A stretch of 64,000 nt of DNA from positions 248,001 to 312,000 of the forward strand of contig NIVC01000958.1 of the NCBI GenBank assembly GCA_002269645.1. The letters run 5' to 3'. Below the pieces are notes generated by a model. It searched no databases and was not told the DNA's origin. It was given only the letters and a program-made list of their open reading frames with translations. Of the stretch, positions 50,189 through 62,501 are shown one piece after another; the first letter of the stretch is position 1, and the number at the start of each line of letters is the position of its first letter. The stretch is from Macrostomum lignano. Its lineage: Eukaryota. The position numbers were made by a program, and so were the translations under genes.

Positions 50189-50498
50189 TAATAATAATTG
50201 TATAATAATTGATTACACCTGCCCAATGGGCAGATGTGCAACCGACAGCTCAGCCGCAGCTATTGCGCGGCGCATCTGAAGGCTGCGTACGGCTGTTCAG
50301 TCCAAGGACTGGGGGGTCGCCACACACACCCTCAATTACCCCAGCTAATGCTGGTACCCATTTTACAGCTGGGTAAACTGAAGCAACGCAGAGTTAAGTG
50401 TCTTGCTCAAGGACACAAATTGTTGCAGAGGGATCGGGAATCGAACCCCCGACCTTCAAGTCGTGAGTCCGACGCCCTAACCACTAGGCTACAACCCC
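50189..50498 (-). mobile_element. tRNA-derived SINE with CORE/Nin-like body
   Basis: Minus strand: A-box TAGCCTAGTGG, B-box GGTTCGATTCC, GTGTCCTTGAGCAAGACACTTAAC, CCCAGCTGTAAAATGGGTACC, ATT-rich tail. Confidence 0.88.
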
Positions 50499-50934
50499 CT
50501 CGACGCCCTGCATGCAACACATGCATGTGTGTGACAGTGTGATTCGTAGAAGCGTGTATCGTATTTCTTTATTTTCATATGCACACCGTACTACTACTGT
50601 ATTCTTTCATTTATTTTAACAATATTCGTACGTATTATTACCGCGCTATTTTTACTGTTAATTGCTTTGTTTTTGTAGCCTCGTATGTATTTATTCTATT
50701 ATTTGTATTTCATTCATATTGTTATTATTTCTCGTAAAGTAGTTCTACCTATGTACATGTACTGACGTATGTTATTCTTGCCTGATATATTTATCGATTA
50801 ATTTGTACATGTACATTGCGCGCCGCCTGGGGGGTTTGTCTGTGTTTTGGATTGGGGGTTCGTTATCTGTTGTTTGTTATCTGTTTACCTTACCAATTAA
50901 ATATTCAGCTCAGCCGCCGCTCTCTCCGCTCGCT

Positions 50935-53112
50935 GGCGCCCCTTGGTGCTGGCGCCCCTTGGTGCTGGCGCCCCTTGTTGCTAAAGCCCCTTGGTGCTGG
51001 CGCCCCTTGGTGCTAAAGCCCCTTGGTGCTAAAGCCCCTTGGTGCTAAAGCCCCTTGGTGCTAAAGCCCCTTGGTGCTAAAGCCCCTTGGTGCTAAAGCC
51101 CCTTGGTGCTAAAGCCCCTTGGTGCTAAAGCCCCTTGGTGCTAAAGCCTCTTGGTGCTAAAGCCCCTTGGTGCTAAAGCCCCTTGGTGCTAAAGCCCCTT
51201 GGTGCTAAAGCCCCTTGGTGCTAAAGCCCCTTGGTGCTAAAGCCCCTTGGTGCTAAAGCCCCTTGGTGCTAAAGCCCCTTGGTGCTAAAGCCCCTTGGTG
51301 CTGGCGCCCTTGGTGCTGGCGCCCCTTGGTGCTGGCGCCCCTTGGTGCTGGCGCCCTTGGTGCTGGCGCCCCTTGGTGCTGGCGCCCCTTGGTGCTGGCG
51401 CCCCTTGGTGCTGGCGCCCCTTGGTGCTGGCGCCCCTTGGTGCTGGCGCCCCTTGGTGCTGGCGCCCCTTGGTGCTGGCGCCCCTTGGTGCTAAAGCCCC
51501 TTGGTGCTAAAGCCCCTTGGTGCTAAAGCCCCTTGGTGCTAAAGCCCCTTGGTGCTAAAGCCCCTTGGTGCTAAAGCCCCTTGGTGCTAAAGCCCCTTGG
51601 TGCTAAAGCCCCTTGGTGCTAAAGCCCCTTGGTGCTAAAGCCCCTTGGTGCTAAAGCCCCTTGGTGCTAAAGCCCCTTGGTGCTAAAGCCCCTTGGTGCT
51701 AAAGCCCCTTGGTGCTAAAGCCCCTTGGTGCTAAAGCCCCTTGGTGCTAAAGCCCCTTGGTGCTAAAGCCCCTTGGTGCTAAAGCCCCTTGGTGCTAAAG
51801 CCCCTTGGTGCTAAAGCCCCTTGGTGCTAAAGCCCCTTGGTGCTAAAGCCCCTTGGTGCTAAAGCCCCTTGGTGCTAAAGCCCCTTGGTGCTAAAGCCCC
51901 TTGGTGCTAAAGCCCCTTGGTGCTAAAGCCCCTTGGTGCTAAAGCCCCTTGGTGCTAAAGCCCCTTGGTGCTAAAGCCCCTTGGTGCTAAAGCCCCTTGG
52001 TGCTAAAGCCCCTTGGTGCTAAAGCCCCTTGGTGCTAAAGCCCCTTGGTGCTAAAGCCCCTTGGTGCTAAAGCCCCTTGGTGCTAAAGCCCCTTGGTGCT
52101 AAAGCCCCTTGGTGCTAAAGCCCCTTGGTGCTAAAGCCCCTTGGTGCTAAAGCCCCTTGGTGCTAAAGCCCCTTGGTGCTAAAGCCCCTTGGTGCTAAAG
52201 CCCCTTGGTGCTAAAGCCCCTTGGTGCTAAAGCCCCTTGGTGCTAAAGCCCCTTGGTGCTAAAGCCCCTTGGTGCTAAAGCCCCTTGGTGCTAAAGCCCC
52301 TTGGTGCTAAAGCCCCTTGGTGCTAAAGCCCCTTGGTGCTAAAGCCCCTTGGTGCTAAAGCCCCTTGGTGCTAAAGCCCCTTGGTGCTAAAGCCCCTTGG
52401 TGCTAAAGCCCCTTGGTGCTAAAGCCCCTTGGTGCTAAAGCCCCTTGGTGCTAAAGCCCCTTGGTGCTAAAGCCCCTTGGTGCTAAAGCCCCTTGGTGCT
52501 AAAGCCCCTTGGTGCTAAAGCCCCTTGGTGCTAAAGCCCCTTGGTGCTAAAGCCCCTTGGTGCTAAAGCCCCTTGGTGCTAAAGCCCCTTGGTGCTAAAG
52601 CCCCTTGGTGCTAAAGCCCCTTGGTGCTAAAGCCCCTTGGTGCTAAAGCCCCTTGGTGCTAAAGCCCCTTGGTGCTAAAGCCCCTTGGTGCTAAAGCCCC
52701 TTGGTGCTAAAGCCCCTTGGTGCTAAAGCCCCTTGGTGCTAAAGCCCCTTGGTGCTAAAGCCCCTTGGTGCTAAAGCCCCTTGGTGCTAAAGCCCCTTGG
52801 TGCTAAAGCCCCTTGGTGCTAAAGCCCCTTGGTGCTAAAGCCCCTTGGTGCTAAAGCCCCTTGGTGCTAAAGCCCCTTGGTGCTAAAGCCCCTTGGTGCT
52901 AAAGCCCCTTGGTGCTAAAGCCCCTTGGTGCTAAAGCCCCTTGGTGCTAAAGCCCCTTGGTGCTAAAGCCCCTTGGTGCTAAAGCCCCTTGGTGCTAAAG
53001 CCCCTTGGTGCTAAAGCCCCTTGGTGCTAAAGCCCCTTGGTGCTAAAGCCCCTTGGTGCTAAAGCCCCTTGGTGCTAAAGCCCCTTGGTGCTAAAGCCCC
53101 TTGGTGCTAAAG
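50935..53112. repeat. 16-bp satellite CTAAAGCCCCTTGGTG with CTGGCG variant blocks
   Basis: About 2.2 kb, very homogeneous; variant blocks at ~50935-51000 and ~51300-51480. Confidence 0.98.
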
Positions 53113-54583
53113 TCTTGCTTGCTTCTCTTGCTGCTGACGCTTCATGGTGCTAAGCCCGTTGATCCTGGCGCCTGTCATTGCAGTCGCCCCTGAAAGACAC
53201 AGCCCAATAAAAACCATAGCTGCTAACTTTGATATGATGAACTCTAAACCAGGTCCGGGAATTCTAGGACTTAACGACAATAAAATATTTCCGTCGAATT
53301 CTGACTCCCACTGGGTAGAGCGACAGCTACATGCCACTTGTACAAAGAAGTGAAGCGCAAACATGAACTACATCTAGATTTAATTCTCTGTTGTCTATAG
53401 GCTAAAAAAGGTTTTAAAAAGGTTAAAGTCACATCATTTTAATAATCCCGTACAGAAATCCGACACACGGGACGCCGCTGGCAAATGCAGGTGCTTTTAC
53501 AATGCATCGACGTTTAGCCAACGTCGTTATTCGCCATTGCAATGCACCCATTTGTCGGATTCTATGGGAACCGCTCGTTGCGGGACGATGTCTACGAAAG
53601 TCCACAGCTTTCCTTAAATTACTATTATAAACTACCCTTAGAAGAATGCAATTAACCATAAACAATAGGACAATTATTATGTTGTAAATGCACTCGGTTA
53701 TGACATTCTGAATTAGTAAAATGAATATTCTTGAAAGCAGCTCTTTGACTACCATAATCACCGATAACTGAGATATTAGATTGTACAATTCTTGAAGTAC
53801 TGCATTTCTGCAAGATTATTCAAGTGACAGGTTAATCAGTTTTGTTTATTATAGGCTCGTAAAGTTATACTTAAGGACTGTAGTACAGTGGTCCTCAGTT
53901 ACACTTTCATTGCAATCATAAATTTTGCAAAATGTTGAGGATACAATGGCTACGAGTAGATTAGTGCGTAACACTAGGAAGCACAATGAATCCCAAAAAT
54001 GAAATGTACAGAAAGTTTACACATAAAACAACCTTTGCAATGCCCGATAGTTGCAGCGAGTTCCTTATTTCTACAGCAGAGTGATTATTCTGTAAAAGTA
54101 ACAGCATAAAGGAACAGTATAGTGACCAGTATATAACAGCATATTTCTCACTCTCCTCGTAATTCCGATGAAAAGTTTTAAAACAGCGCACTTTTATTCT
54201 TAGTAAAGCCGCTTAGGAGGCAATTAAAAATTGCAGTTTTTAGTATGTGTTAACTATTGCAATAGTTACCAGTTAACAACAGCAGCAAATCCCGAAATAC
54301 GATGTTTTTTGGGTCTCCTGTTTCTTGCGGGGTTACTGGTTAATTCACAGTTCTGTGCGTTGATCAGTTAAAGATGATGGGATGGGAAAAAATGCGAGCT
54401 GGAAGGCCTTCTAGCTGTTTTACGTTACGTGTACGCTGTAGCCTTGGTCAGGTTGCCATGGAAAGATGATGGGTCACTCCGTCTACATTAGGGCACTCAG
54501 CTAAAGCGCAGCCAGACCGCCCCCGTTACACCAGAGGTTTTTGAGAGTCGGGTTGGCAGACACCCTCAAACCCTCCTCTTTTT

Positions 54584-56823
54584 TCAACCTGGCTTGGCTT
54601 GGCATTGCCATCTTTTTATAGAAAATAGCTTCAAAGTAAGGATTTGTGCCAATAGAGTCGCAGCAAAAGCCCCAAGTAAAACCATAACCAGAACGCTTAT
54701 TTTGCTTATAGGATTGGGGCCTGTTTGATCTTCTTCCGCAGCTGGCTGGGCAGCCGCAAGCATCCAGCTGAGCACAGGTTGGTTCGAGTTTCCGCATCTG
54801 TTTCTGGCTGCATCCGGGAAGCTGATCAGAGCCGGAAGCTGCTCACTGCAGTCCGTAAAGCTCACCAGCCCGAGTACCTCGCCATCAATGGTAAGATTGA
54901 CAGCTCTGAGCAAACCGCATGAGACAGAGGAATTCGTAGTCTTAACAACATGGTTTCTGGAATTTAAATGTCAAGAGTTTTGAAAGTTTTAAACTATGAT
55001 TTGACTAACGAGCACGGTTATCAACTTAGGATAAACTGCTATTCTCAAGTTAATAAACTCACAGCTTATTAGCATCCTCGAACTCAGCCATTTTGCAGCC
55101 AGCTTCTGCCCCGCAGTTCAGGTAGAAGACCTTCTTGGTCCTGTGCTCATAGAACAGTCCGATGCGAAGCCTCTGTGCGAGATTCAGCGGCTCCTTGATG
55201 CGGGTGCTCAGGCCGGAGCCGACGCGAGTTCGCTGGCCTGAAGCCGGTGTTCAAGGGGAGTGAAATTGTGCGCATTTAAACTGTGCTGTCTATCTAAAAC
55301 TTAGGTGCATTTTTGCATTTGTGTAAATATGTGCAAAAGACACCTCTTCACTCCAGCTTACTCTCTTTAACGAAGTTCTGCAGAGCCGCTGAGCTGCTGA
55401 AGCTGGCGAGCCTCATGACTCCGCTGTCAGCGCTCATCGCAGCCAGCTCAGCAGTCAGGTTCCTACGAACCGATCCAGTGGTGTAGCAGTTGCTCTCAAA
55501 ATTAGTCATGCTTCGGCCGCAGAATCCCGGCTCCATCAGTCGAATTTGTAGACCCAGGATATCCGCAGAGCTTTTCCGATTCAGTCGAAATGAGACCGTC
55601 AGGTAGCTCCTACAGTTTGATGTAAAGTATTGTTATTGGGTTTCAAGTAAGAAATTGATTTAATAAAGTTGAGTTTAGCATCAGCCCAGCTCTGTCGTAC
55701 CCTTTCGTCAGTTGCAGCACGCGCAGCATCTCCAGCTCTACGGGCTTTGGCTCGCTTGTTGAAGGAGACGAGCAAGTCGCTGGAAAGTTTGTTTAGGATT
55801 CATATTTACAAGTTCTGAATGAAAGCTTTTGCTGGTTTTATTGAGTACCTGCTAGCAGTCAGCAGTACGGCTCAAAAACCACTGACTGATTGTTCACGGT
55901 AATGGTTAGAACTAGAGGTCAAAACCAATATTACATGTATAATACCATGTTTAACTGTGCTCAAATCTATGCTTACAGTCCGAAGCCTTCGAGTGCAGTT
56001 TGTATCGCATCGGTTGCTGCTGTGCGGCTGAATCCACTGATCTGGGCCACCTCTGCTGGCTTAGGTGCGCCTCCGTGTCAAAGCCAGTCAGAACCACAAC
56101 GGAATTGTCAAGGTGGTCAGTCAGAATCTTCCATTTGCAGTTGAGGCCTTCCTCAGGCACAGGATCTCCGTAAGTTTTAGGAATGATTCGATCTTCAATA
56201 AACTCGAGTTTCAGGCTGAGCTGGAACTCATTGGTGTTGCCTCGCGGATAGCAGTACTCGTTGCCAGCGAGAACTCTGTGGAGAAGAATAATGGGATTAA
56301 GTCGATTGCAGATAAAAAAGTTGGCCCTCTTTAACATTTAACTTTGCTTTAGCAGTACTGGTTACCGGCCAGAGCTCTGTGGATAAGAAGAATAGGGAGG
56401 AGTAGATATTCTGTTGTAAATTGATAGTTAAAGCAATCGCAGATGCAGCCAAAGTTTGTGGGCTCTTTAAATTTATGGATTTAATTGAATTCTAATGGTC
56501 ATTAGATCCATTAATACTAATGGCCATCAATTCATCAAATTTATTAACTTAACAGCATTATACTCGCAAGTACACCCCTCCTCCCCTAAGAACAGCCCAC
56601 AAAGGCCAGCTTCAATTCTGTATTATGCCCGAAGCATGGCGATGGCGCTCCCAAGGGTGGCATCCAAAAGCATTCAACCCACCCCAAGCAAAAACCTAAA
56701 TCCGCTAGAGAAGTCCCAGCTGCAGCAAGAAATTAAGAATTGCAGCACTCACAGTTGAAATGCAGCAGACAGCAGCAGAGTCGCCAGGCTTATGCCAATC
56801 GCTATCTGCAGATTCCGCCGCAT
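54584..56823 (-). CDS. CUB-like membrane protein paralog C (altered TM and frameshifted tail)
   Basis: Exons 56823-56753, 56275-55977, 55779-55701, 55609-55362, 55237-55063, 54956-54584 are in frame; the ancestral tail VEKRGGF...KPLV* lies out of frame at 54526-54588. Confidence 0.85.
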
Positions 56824-57734
56824 GCCGCTCACTTCTAATGCCGTTAGGTAGACCTAAAACTGCCAATGAGAAATTCGAAATTAAATCAAAATACTTTTTT
56901 GCGATCTAATAATGTCTGTTCTCGTACACGAATGTTGTGAAAAAATTACATGTCACTTGGTTTTTACTTAACCTCAACCCTGCTTGCTACCCTGATACGG
57001 GTAGAGAAAGAGAAAGATTTTGTTTAAATTCTTAACTAATCATTTTTTGTCTCTCCGACTCTATCCTTCCTCAAACAAATGTGATTTTGCAAATATATAG
57101 CAGTCAATAATTTCGACATTAAGATATGCTTAAATTTATTGAAAACTACTCGACTAAAAATGTGCCCGAAACTCGACGTCCTGTTCATGTGTACTCACCA
57201 AGGGAAGTGGCAGAACTTCTTGCAGGATATTTTGAGAGGCTTATTACAGAACAATGATGAAAGAAGCGCCGTGGAAAACCCATGATTTTACAGGCGAAGC
57301 CGCGGTAACTCTGTGACAAATCCAAGTAAAACCCACGGCTTCTCCGCCGTGATTTTATTGCTAATGCAGTGAAGACGCGTATTCAAGTACAACTTTAGGG
57401 CAATTCCATGGCTTTTCCATGGAAATTCAGCAAGTAGAATTACGAGTATAGGTTGTGCGCTTCTATGCCCGCCCAGTACAATATACCTTCTGTACGTAGC
57501 TATACAGTCAGAAAAAAGCAGAGGACGCACGCTTCTGTATCGTGCAAGCTAGTGCTTCCAAAGCAAGCATGCACTGTCCGCTGTACGTCACTTAGAAACT
57601 GTACGAAAAAGTCAGAGATAATAAGCTTTCTATATATTTCTTAAAGATGTGAACCAAAGAATATACGGGCATACAGACTTCCTAGTTAATTAATAGTCTC
57701 CCGTATCTTTAGCTAGAATTTTGGGATATGTTTC

Positions 57735-58868
57735 TAATTCCCCAGATTTCAATTCCTCAGAATTCAAATTTCTTACATTTCACATTCCTCACATTTCTCA
57801 TTCCCCACATTTCACATTCCCCAGATTTCTCATTCCCCACATTTCACATTCCCCAGATTTTGCATTCCCCAGATTTTGGATTCCCCAGATTTTGCATTCC
57901 CCAGATTTCTCATTCCCCAGATTTCTCATTCCCCAGATTTTACATTCCCCAGATTTTACATTCCCCAGATTGTACGTTCCCCAGATTTTACATTCCCCAG
58001 ATTTTACATTCCCCAGATTTTGCATTCCCCAGATTTTGCATTCCCCAGATTTTGCATTCCCCAGATTTTGCATTCCCCAGATTTTGCATTCCCCAAATTT
58101 TTCATTCCCCAGATTTCACATTCCTCAGATTTCACATTCCCCAGATTTCACATTCCTCAGATTTCACGTTCCCCAGATTTCTCATTCCCCAGATTTTGCA
58201 TTCCCCAGATTTTGCATTCCCCAGATTTTTCATTCCCCAGATTTTGCATTTCCCAGATTTTGCATTCCCCAGATTTTGCATTCCCCAGATTTTGCATTCC
58301 CCAGATTTTGCATTCCCCAGATTTTGCATTCCCCAGATTTTTCATTCCCCAGATTTTTCATTCCCCAGATTTTTCATTCCCCAGATTTTACATTCCTCAG
58401 ATTTTTCATTCCCCAGATTTTACATTCCTCAGATTTCACATTCCCCAGATTTTACATTCCTCAGATTTCACATTCCCCAGATTTCACATTCCTCAGATTT
58501 CACGTTCCCCAGATTTCTCATTCCCCAGATTTCTCATTCCCCAGATTTCTCATTCCCCAGATTTCTCATTCCCCAGATTTTGCATTCCCCAGATTTTGCA
58601 TTCCCCAGATTTTGCATTCCCCAGATTTCCCATTCCCCAGATTTCACATTCCTCAGATTTCACATTCCCCAGATTTCACATTCCCCAGATTTCACATTCC
58701 CCAGATTTCTCATTCCCCAGATTTCTCATTCCCCAGATTTCACATTCCCCAGATTTCACATTCCCCAGATTTCACATTCCCCAGATTTCTCATTCCTCAG
58801 ATTTCTCATTCCCCAGATTTCACATTCCCCAGATTTCACATTCCCCAGATTTCAGATTCCCCAGATTT
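57735..58868. repeat. 16-bp satellite, mixed TTCAC/TTTGC/TCTC-ATTCCCCAGAT variants
   Basis: Tandem array at the homologous module position. Confidence 0.96.
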
Positions 58869-59513
58869 AAAGCCCTTTGGTGCTGGCGCCCAAAGATAGC
58901 GTCCTTGAAGATTGCTCAAAGCACTTTTGAGCAATCTTTGGCGCGCGGAGCTACACGTGCTGGCCGTAAGATGATCCCCTGACCTGGCTTGTTAATGCAC
59001 TCATCTTTGTTGCATTTAGCTACGTCAATTAAAAATCCCACCGTGCTGCAATCATGAAGGATAATTGCGTAGATTTTACTGAGTCATTAAAACTTGTTAA
59101 TGTTTTTCTAGATTTTTTTTACTTTCTAGCACTACTGTACACAACCGTTCTACTAACAGTAGAAGATTAAACAAAAATTTAAAGCCAAAAAGACACTTTG
59201 AGATTTACTATTGAGTAGTGCATGCAGCGCATGCAGTACCCACCGCCACACAACTAATATGTAGAACAATACGTTTCAAAATATAATCTTTCATATTTTA
59301 TAATCAGTAAAGGATCGTTCAATCCGTTTAAATTCAAAAGATTTTTTCAAAAAACACTGGGCAGCGAAACAACTTTGATAAAATATGAACAAACGAACAC
59401 AAATTGCAGGTAGAATGGGAATGATTTCACTAGGAGGCTAAATTAATAGGTTAAAAGAGGAAGTCTCAATTCGATAAATGTGGAAATTTAATCGAAGGCC
59501 CTGTTTGGCTGTA

Positions 59514-59823
59514 CAATAATAATAGCAATTGATTTCACCTGCCCCAATTGGGCCAGATGTGCAACCGACAGCTCAGCCGCAGCTATTGCGCGGCGCGTCT
59601 GAAGGCTGCGTACGGCTGTTCAGTCCAAGGACTGGGGGGTCGCCACACACACCCTCAATTACCCCAGCTAATGCTGGCACCCATTTTACAGCTGGGTGAA
59701 CTGAAGCAATGCAGAGTTAAGTGTCTTTGTGTCTTTATCAAGGACACAAATTGTTCCAGTGGGATCAGGAATCGAACCCCAGACCTTCAAGTCGTTGAGT
59801 CCGACGCTCTAACCACTAGGCTG
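59514..59823 (-). mobile_element. tRNA-derived SINE (same family as 50189)
   Basis: High similarity to the 50189 copy; flanking direct repeat GGCTGTACAA may be a TSD. Confidence 0.88.
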
Positions 59824-60023
59824 TACAAACTTACAATAAAGATACAAAAGCTAATAAATATGTGACTGGAAGTTGAATTACAGGTCGGCATAGTTGAACT
59901 TTTAATTAGAGAATTAGTCAATTGAGAGTCGAAGAGATGGGAAGAGCCTGACCAGATGATATGATATGACATGATTCTATAATTTTTAAAAGGTCTTCAA
60001 AAAATTCCAATTTCAAATGTTAC

Positions 60024-60261
60024 ATGGCTGGCTTCTCAGATCGGTCTGCTCAAATTGGCTGTGCATCAGCTCTTCATCAGCTCCTGTCTGGCCGCCATTG
60101 TACGGCACGAAGGTGCTCCCATCGCTTTCATAGTGCCCAACCGCCAGGGTGTACAGCCGCTCCTGCAGCAGAGGGCCTTCGCTGCCTTCGTCGGACTCTT
60201 CATCCGAGCTGGAAGATTCAACCGAGCTGACGGAGACCACGGCAACGAATCTGGGGACGCA
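60024..60261 (-). CDS. Possible cytoplasmic exon of the right-edge receptor gene
   Basis: Phase-0 CAG acceptor and GT donor bound an open frame VSVSSVESSSSDEESDEGSEGPLLQERLY...; linkage to the gene is inferred only. Confidence 0.35.
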
Positions 60262-60834
60262 CTGCGGAGTTGGCGCGCGATGATAGATAGCTTGTAAAGA
60301 TGGTTACGATGTTTGGGAGATTCTGATTGAAGGATGACCTCAGCGGGTAACCCCTTAAATACACCACTTAAAGCTGTACTTGTAAGTCGCATTTAAGAGC
60401 CGCACTCAAACAGCAACAAGGGTGCAATGGCCTGGACTGTGGCTCCCTCTGCAGCCTAGGCCATGGGGTCTGATACCTCATCGACTGAACTGCGAGCACC
60501 CTGTTTGTTCTCCTCACTGATTTACTGCCCTCTGAACACTCCCTCTTTGCTATGCATGCACTGTCGTCTATCTGTTGCTGTGAGTAGCTTTCGAACCGCA
60601 CAGCAGCATGCCTGAATAAATTGGGGCTCAGGACCACATAAATATAACGGAAATTTCGACCCCCACAATCTGGACACTGTCTTACTTCTGTCTGCCACTC
60701 ATGCAGGAGCCACGCTCCCAGTGCAAATGCTTCAAATACTACCTCGCAATCGGACTTCGCTCCATTCGAAGTCATCACAAAGGGCATAAAAGCGCCGTCA
60801 GCCAGCAGACAGTCGAAGCGCCGGACCTCGCCGG

Positions 60835-61290
60835 TCATCATCAGGTCCGTAGCCAAAAATGGCTGTTGGTGCACCCATTTCTCGACAGCGACTCTCTACA
60901 TCCTTTTTATCCAATGCTCAGCTGCATCATCTTCTCTCCAGTACAATCCTTCAGAGTACCTGCCCAGTTACCATGCGGCCTGTCCCTCAACACCGCCTTC
61001 AACCACAGCCTGCAGCACTCTTGCAACATTCCCGAAGAAGCGGTCCCTTTTCATACAGTCGTTAGTCTTCTTCTCCTTCCAGGAAATGACCAGCATTCTT
61101 CTGTAGGTCTTCATCTCGAAAGCTCTCAGTTGCCTTTCAGCTTTCTTCTCTACTTTCCAGATCTCGCAGGCATGGAGAAGAGTTTCCATGACTACAGATC
61201 TCATCAGCAGCATTTTATTTTTAATGTGCTTGTTTTTTGTTCTCGAGATGTTGTCCAGTTTCGCCAGCGCACTTTTAGCTCTTCCACGCC
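60835..61290 (-). mobile_element. Degenerate RTE-like LINE 3' fragment
   Basis: KMLLMRSVVMETLLHACEIW...LRAFEMKTYRRMLVISWKEKKTN...VEGGVEG; TGATGATGA-type tail. Confidence 0.8.
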
Positions 61291-61739
61291 GGTAGGATGC
61301 CTAGCGGAATGGGCGACGCTCGCCTCCCTGCTGCGTCTTTGGGCATACCCGGCCTTCTGCCTACCGGCCCTGCAGCTAAGCCGGTAGGCTGCCTCAATCG
61401 CCAGCACTGACTGGGCAGTGCGACTCGGCACGGAAGTTGTGGTCTGCCAGCCACTGCGCAACTGATCGCTTTGCATGGAACAGGCAAGTGCTTGACTCAC
61501 TCGTCGCCGACCTTGAAAGCAGCGCACAGCAAGCCAGCGTGCGCAGTTTTGAGTTGTTATTTGTGGAGCAGGAGAATTTCCCACAGGAAGTTTCGCCGCT
61601 GAGGTTTTCCAGCAGGGTTTTTCCAGTCGGAATTTCAAGTAAAATCCAATCTATTAGACAATACTAGACTAGATTAGAACTAGACTAGACTAGACTAGAT
61701 TTCAAATCCGACTGGATTTGACTTAAAATTCCGACTGGA

Positions 61740-62208
61740 AAACCTCCGCGGGAAAAACTCGCAGCGAGGAAATCTCGGCTGGGAAAACTCGGCGGGGAAA
61801 TCTCGGGGGGGGAATCTCGGGGGGGGGAATCTCGGCGGGGAAATCTCAGCTGGGAAATCTCGGGGGGAATCTCGGGGGGGGGGGAATCTCGGCGGGGAAA
61901 TATCGGCGGGGGAATCTCGGGGGGGGGAATCTCGGGGGGGGAATCTCGGGGGGGGAATCTCGGGGGGGAATCTCGGCGGGGAAATATCGGCGGGGGAATC
62001 TCGGGGGGGGAATCTCGGCGGGAAATCTCAGCGGGGAAAACTCGGCGGGAAAGGCTCGGCGGGGAAATCTCGGCGGGGAAATCTCGGCTGGGAAATCTCG
62101 GCTGGGAAATCTCGGCTGGGAAATCTCGGCTGGGAAATCTCGGCTGGGAAATCTCGGCGGGAAAGGCTCGGCGGGAAAGGCTCGGCGGGAAAGGCTCGGC
62201 GGGAAAGT
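61740..62208. repeat. 14-15-bp G-rich satellite GGAAATCTCGGC(G/T)G
   Basis: Tandem array with variable G runs. Confidence 0.92.
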
Positions 62209-62501
62209 CTTATAGTCCCGCTATTTGAGCAATCTGCTCGCTCTAAAAAAAGTTGCCTCTACGAACCCATTCTCAAACGCTGCCTACCAATTAAAATGCT
62301 TTCACAGCATCCAATCTGTATTATTGCGTCTTAAACTTATTTGCTGAATTATTCAATATTTCGATCAATTGCAACTTGGCCGTGGCTTTCTCTATGCTTC
62401 TGTTTGAAACTCAGCATAGCCATATCGCTCAAAAGACTAGATCTCATTATTAATAACACATTCTCATAGTTAAGCAAGAAAGCTACAGCAATAATACACA
62501 C

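Noticed and set aside
8330-53112. Telomeric or interstitial telomere repeat
   Set aside because: The 16-bp unit does not match a telomeric motif I recognise and the arrays are internal.
4144-58982. Long repetitive ORFs (FTFPRVHIPQ..., SQIVAVKLWQ..., GMLAIW..., MAPKVKL...)
   Set aside because: They are stop-free translations of 14-21 bp satellites, often open in several frames; there is no evidence of coding function.
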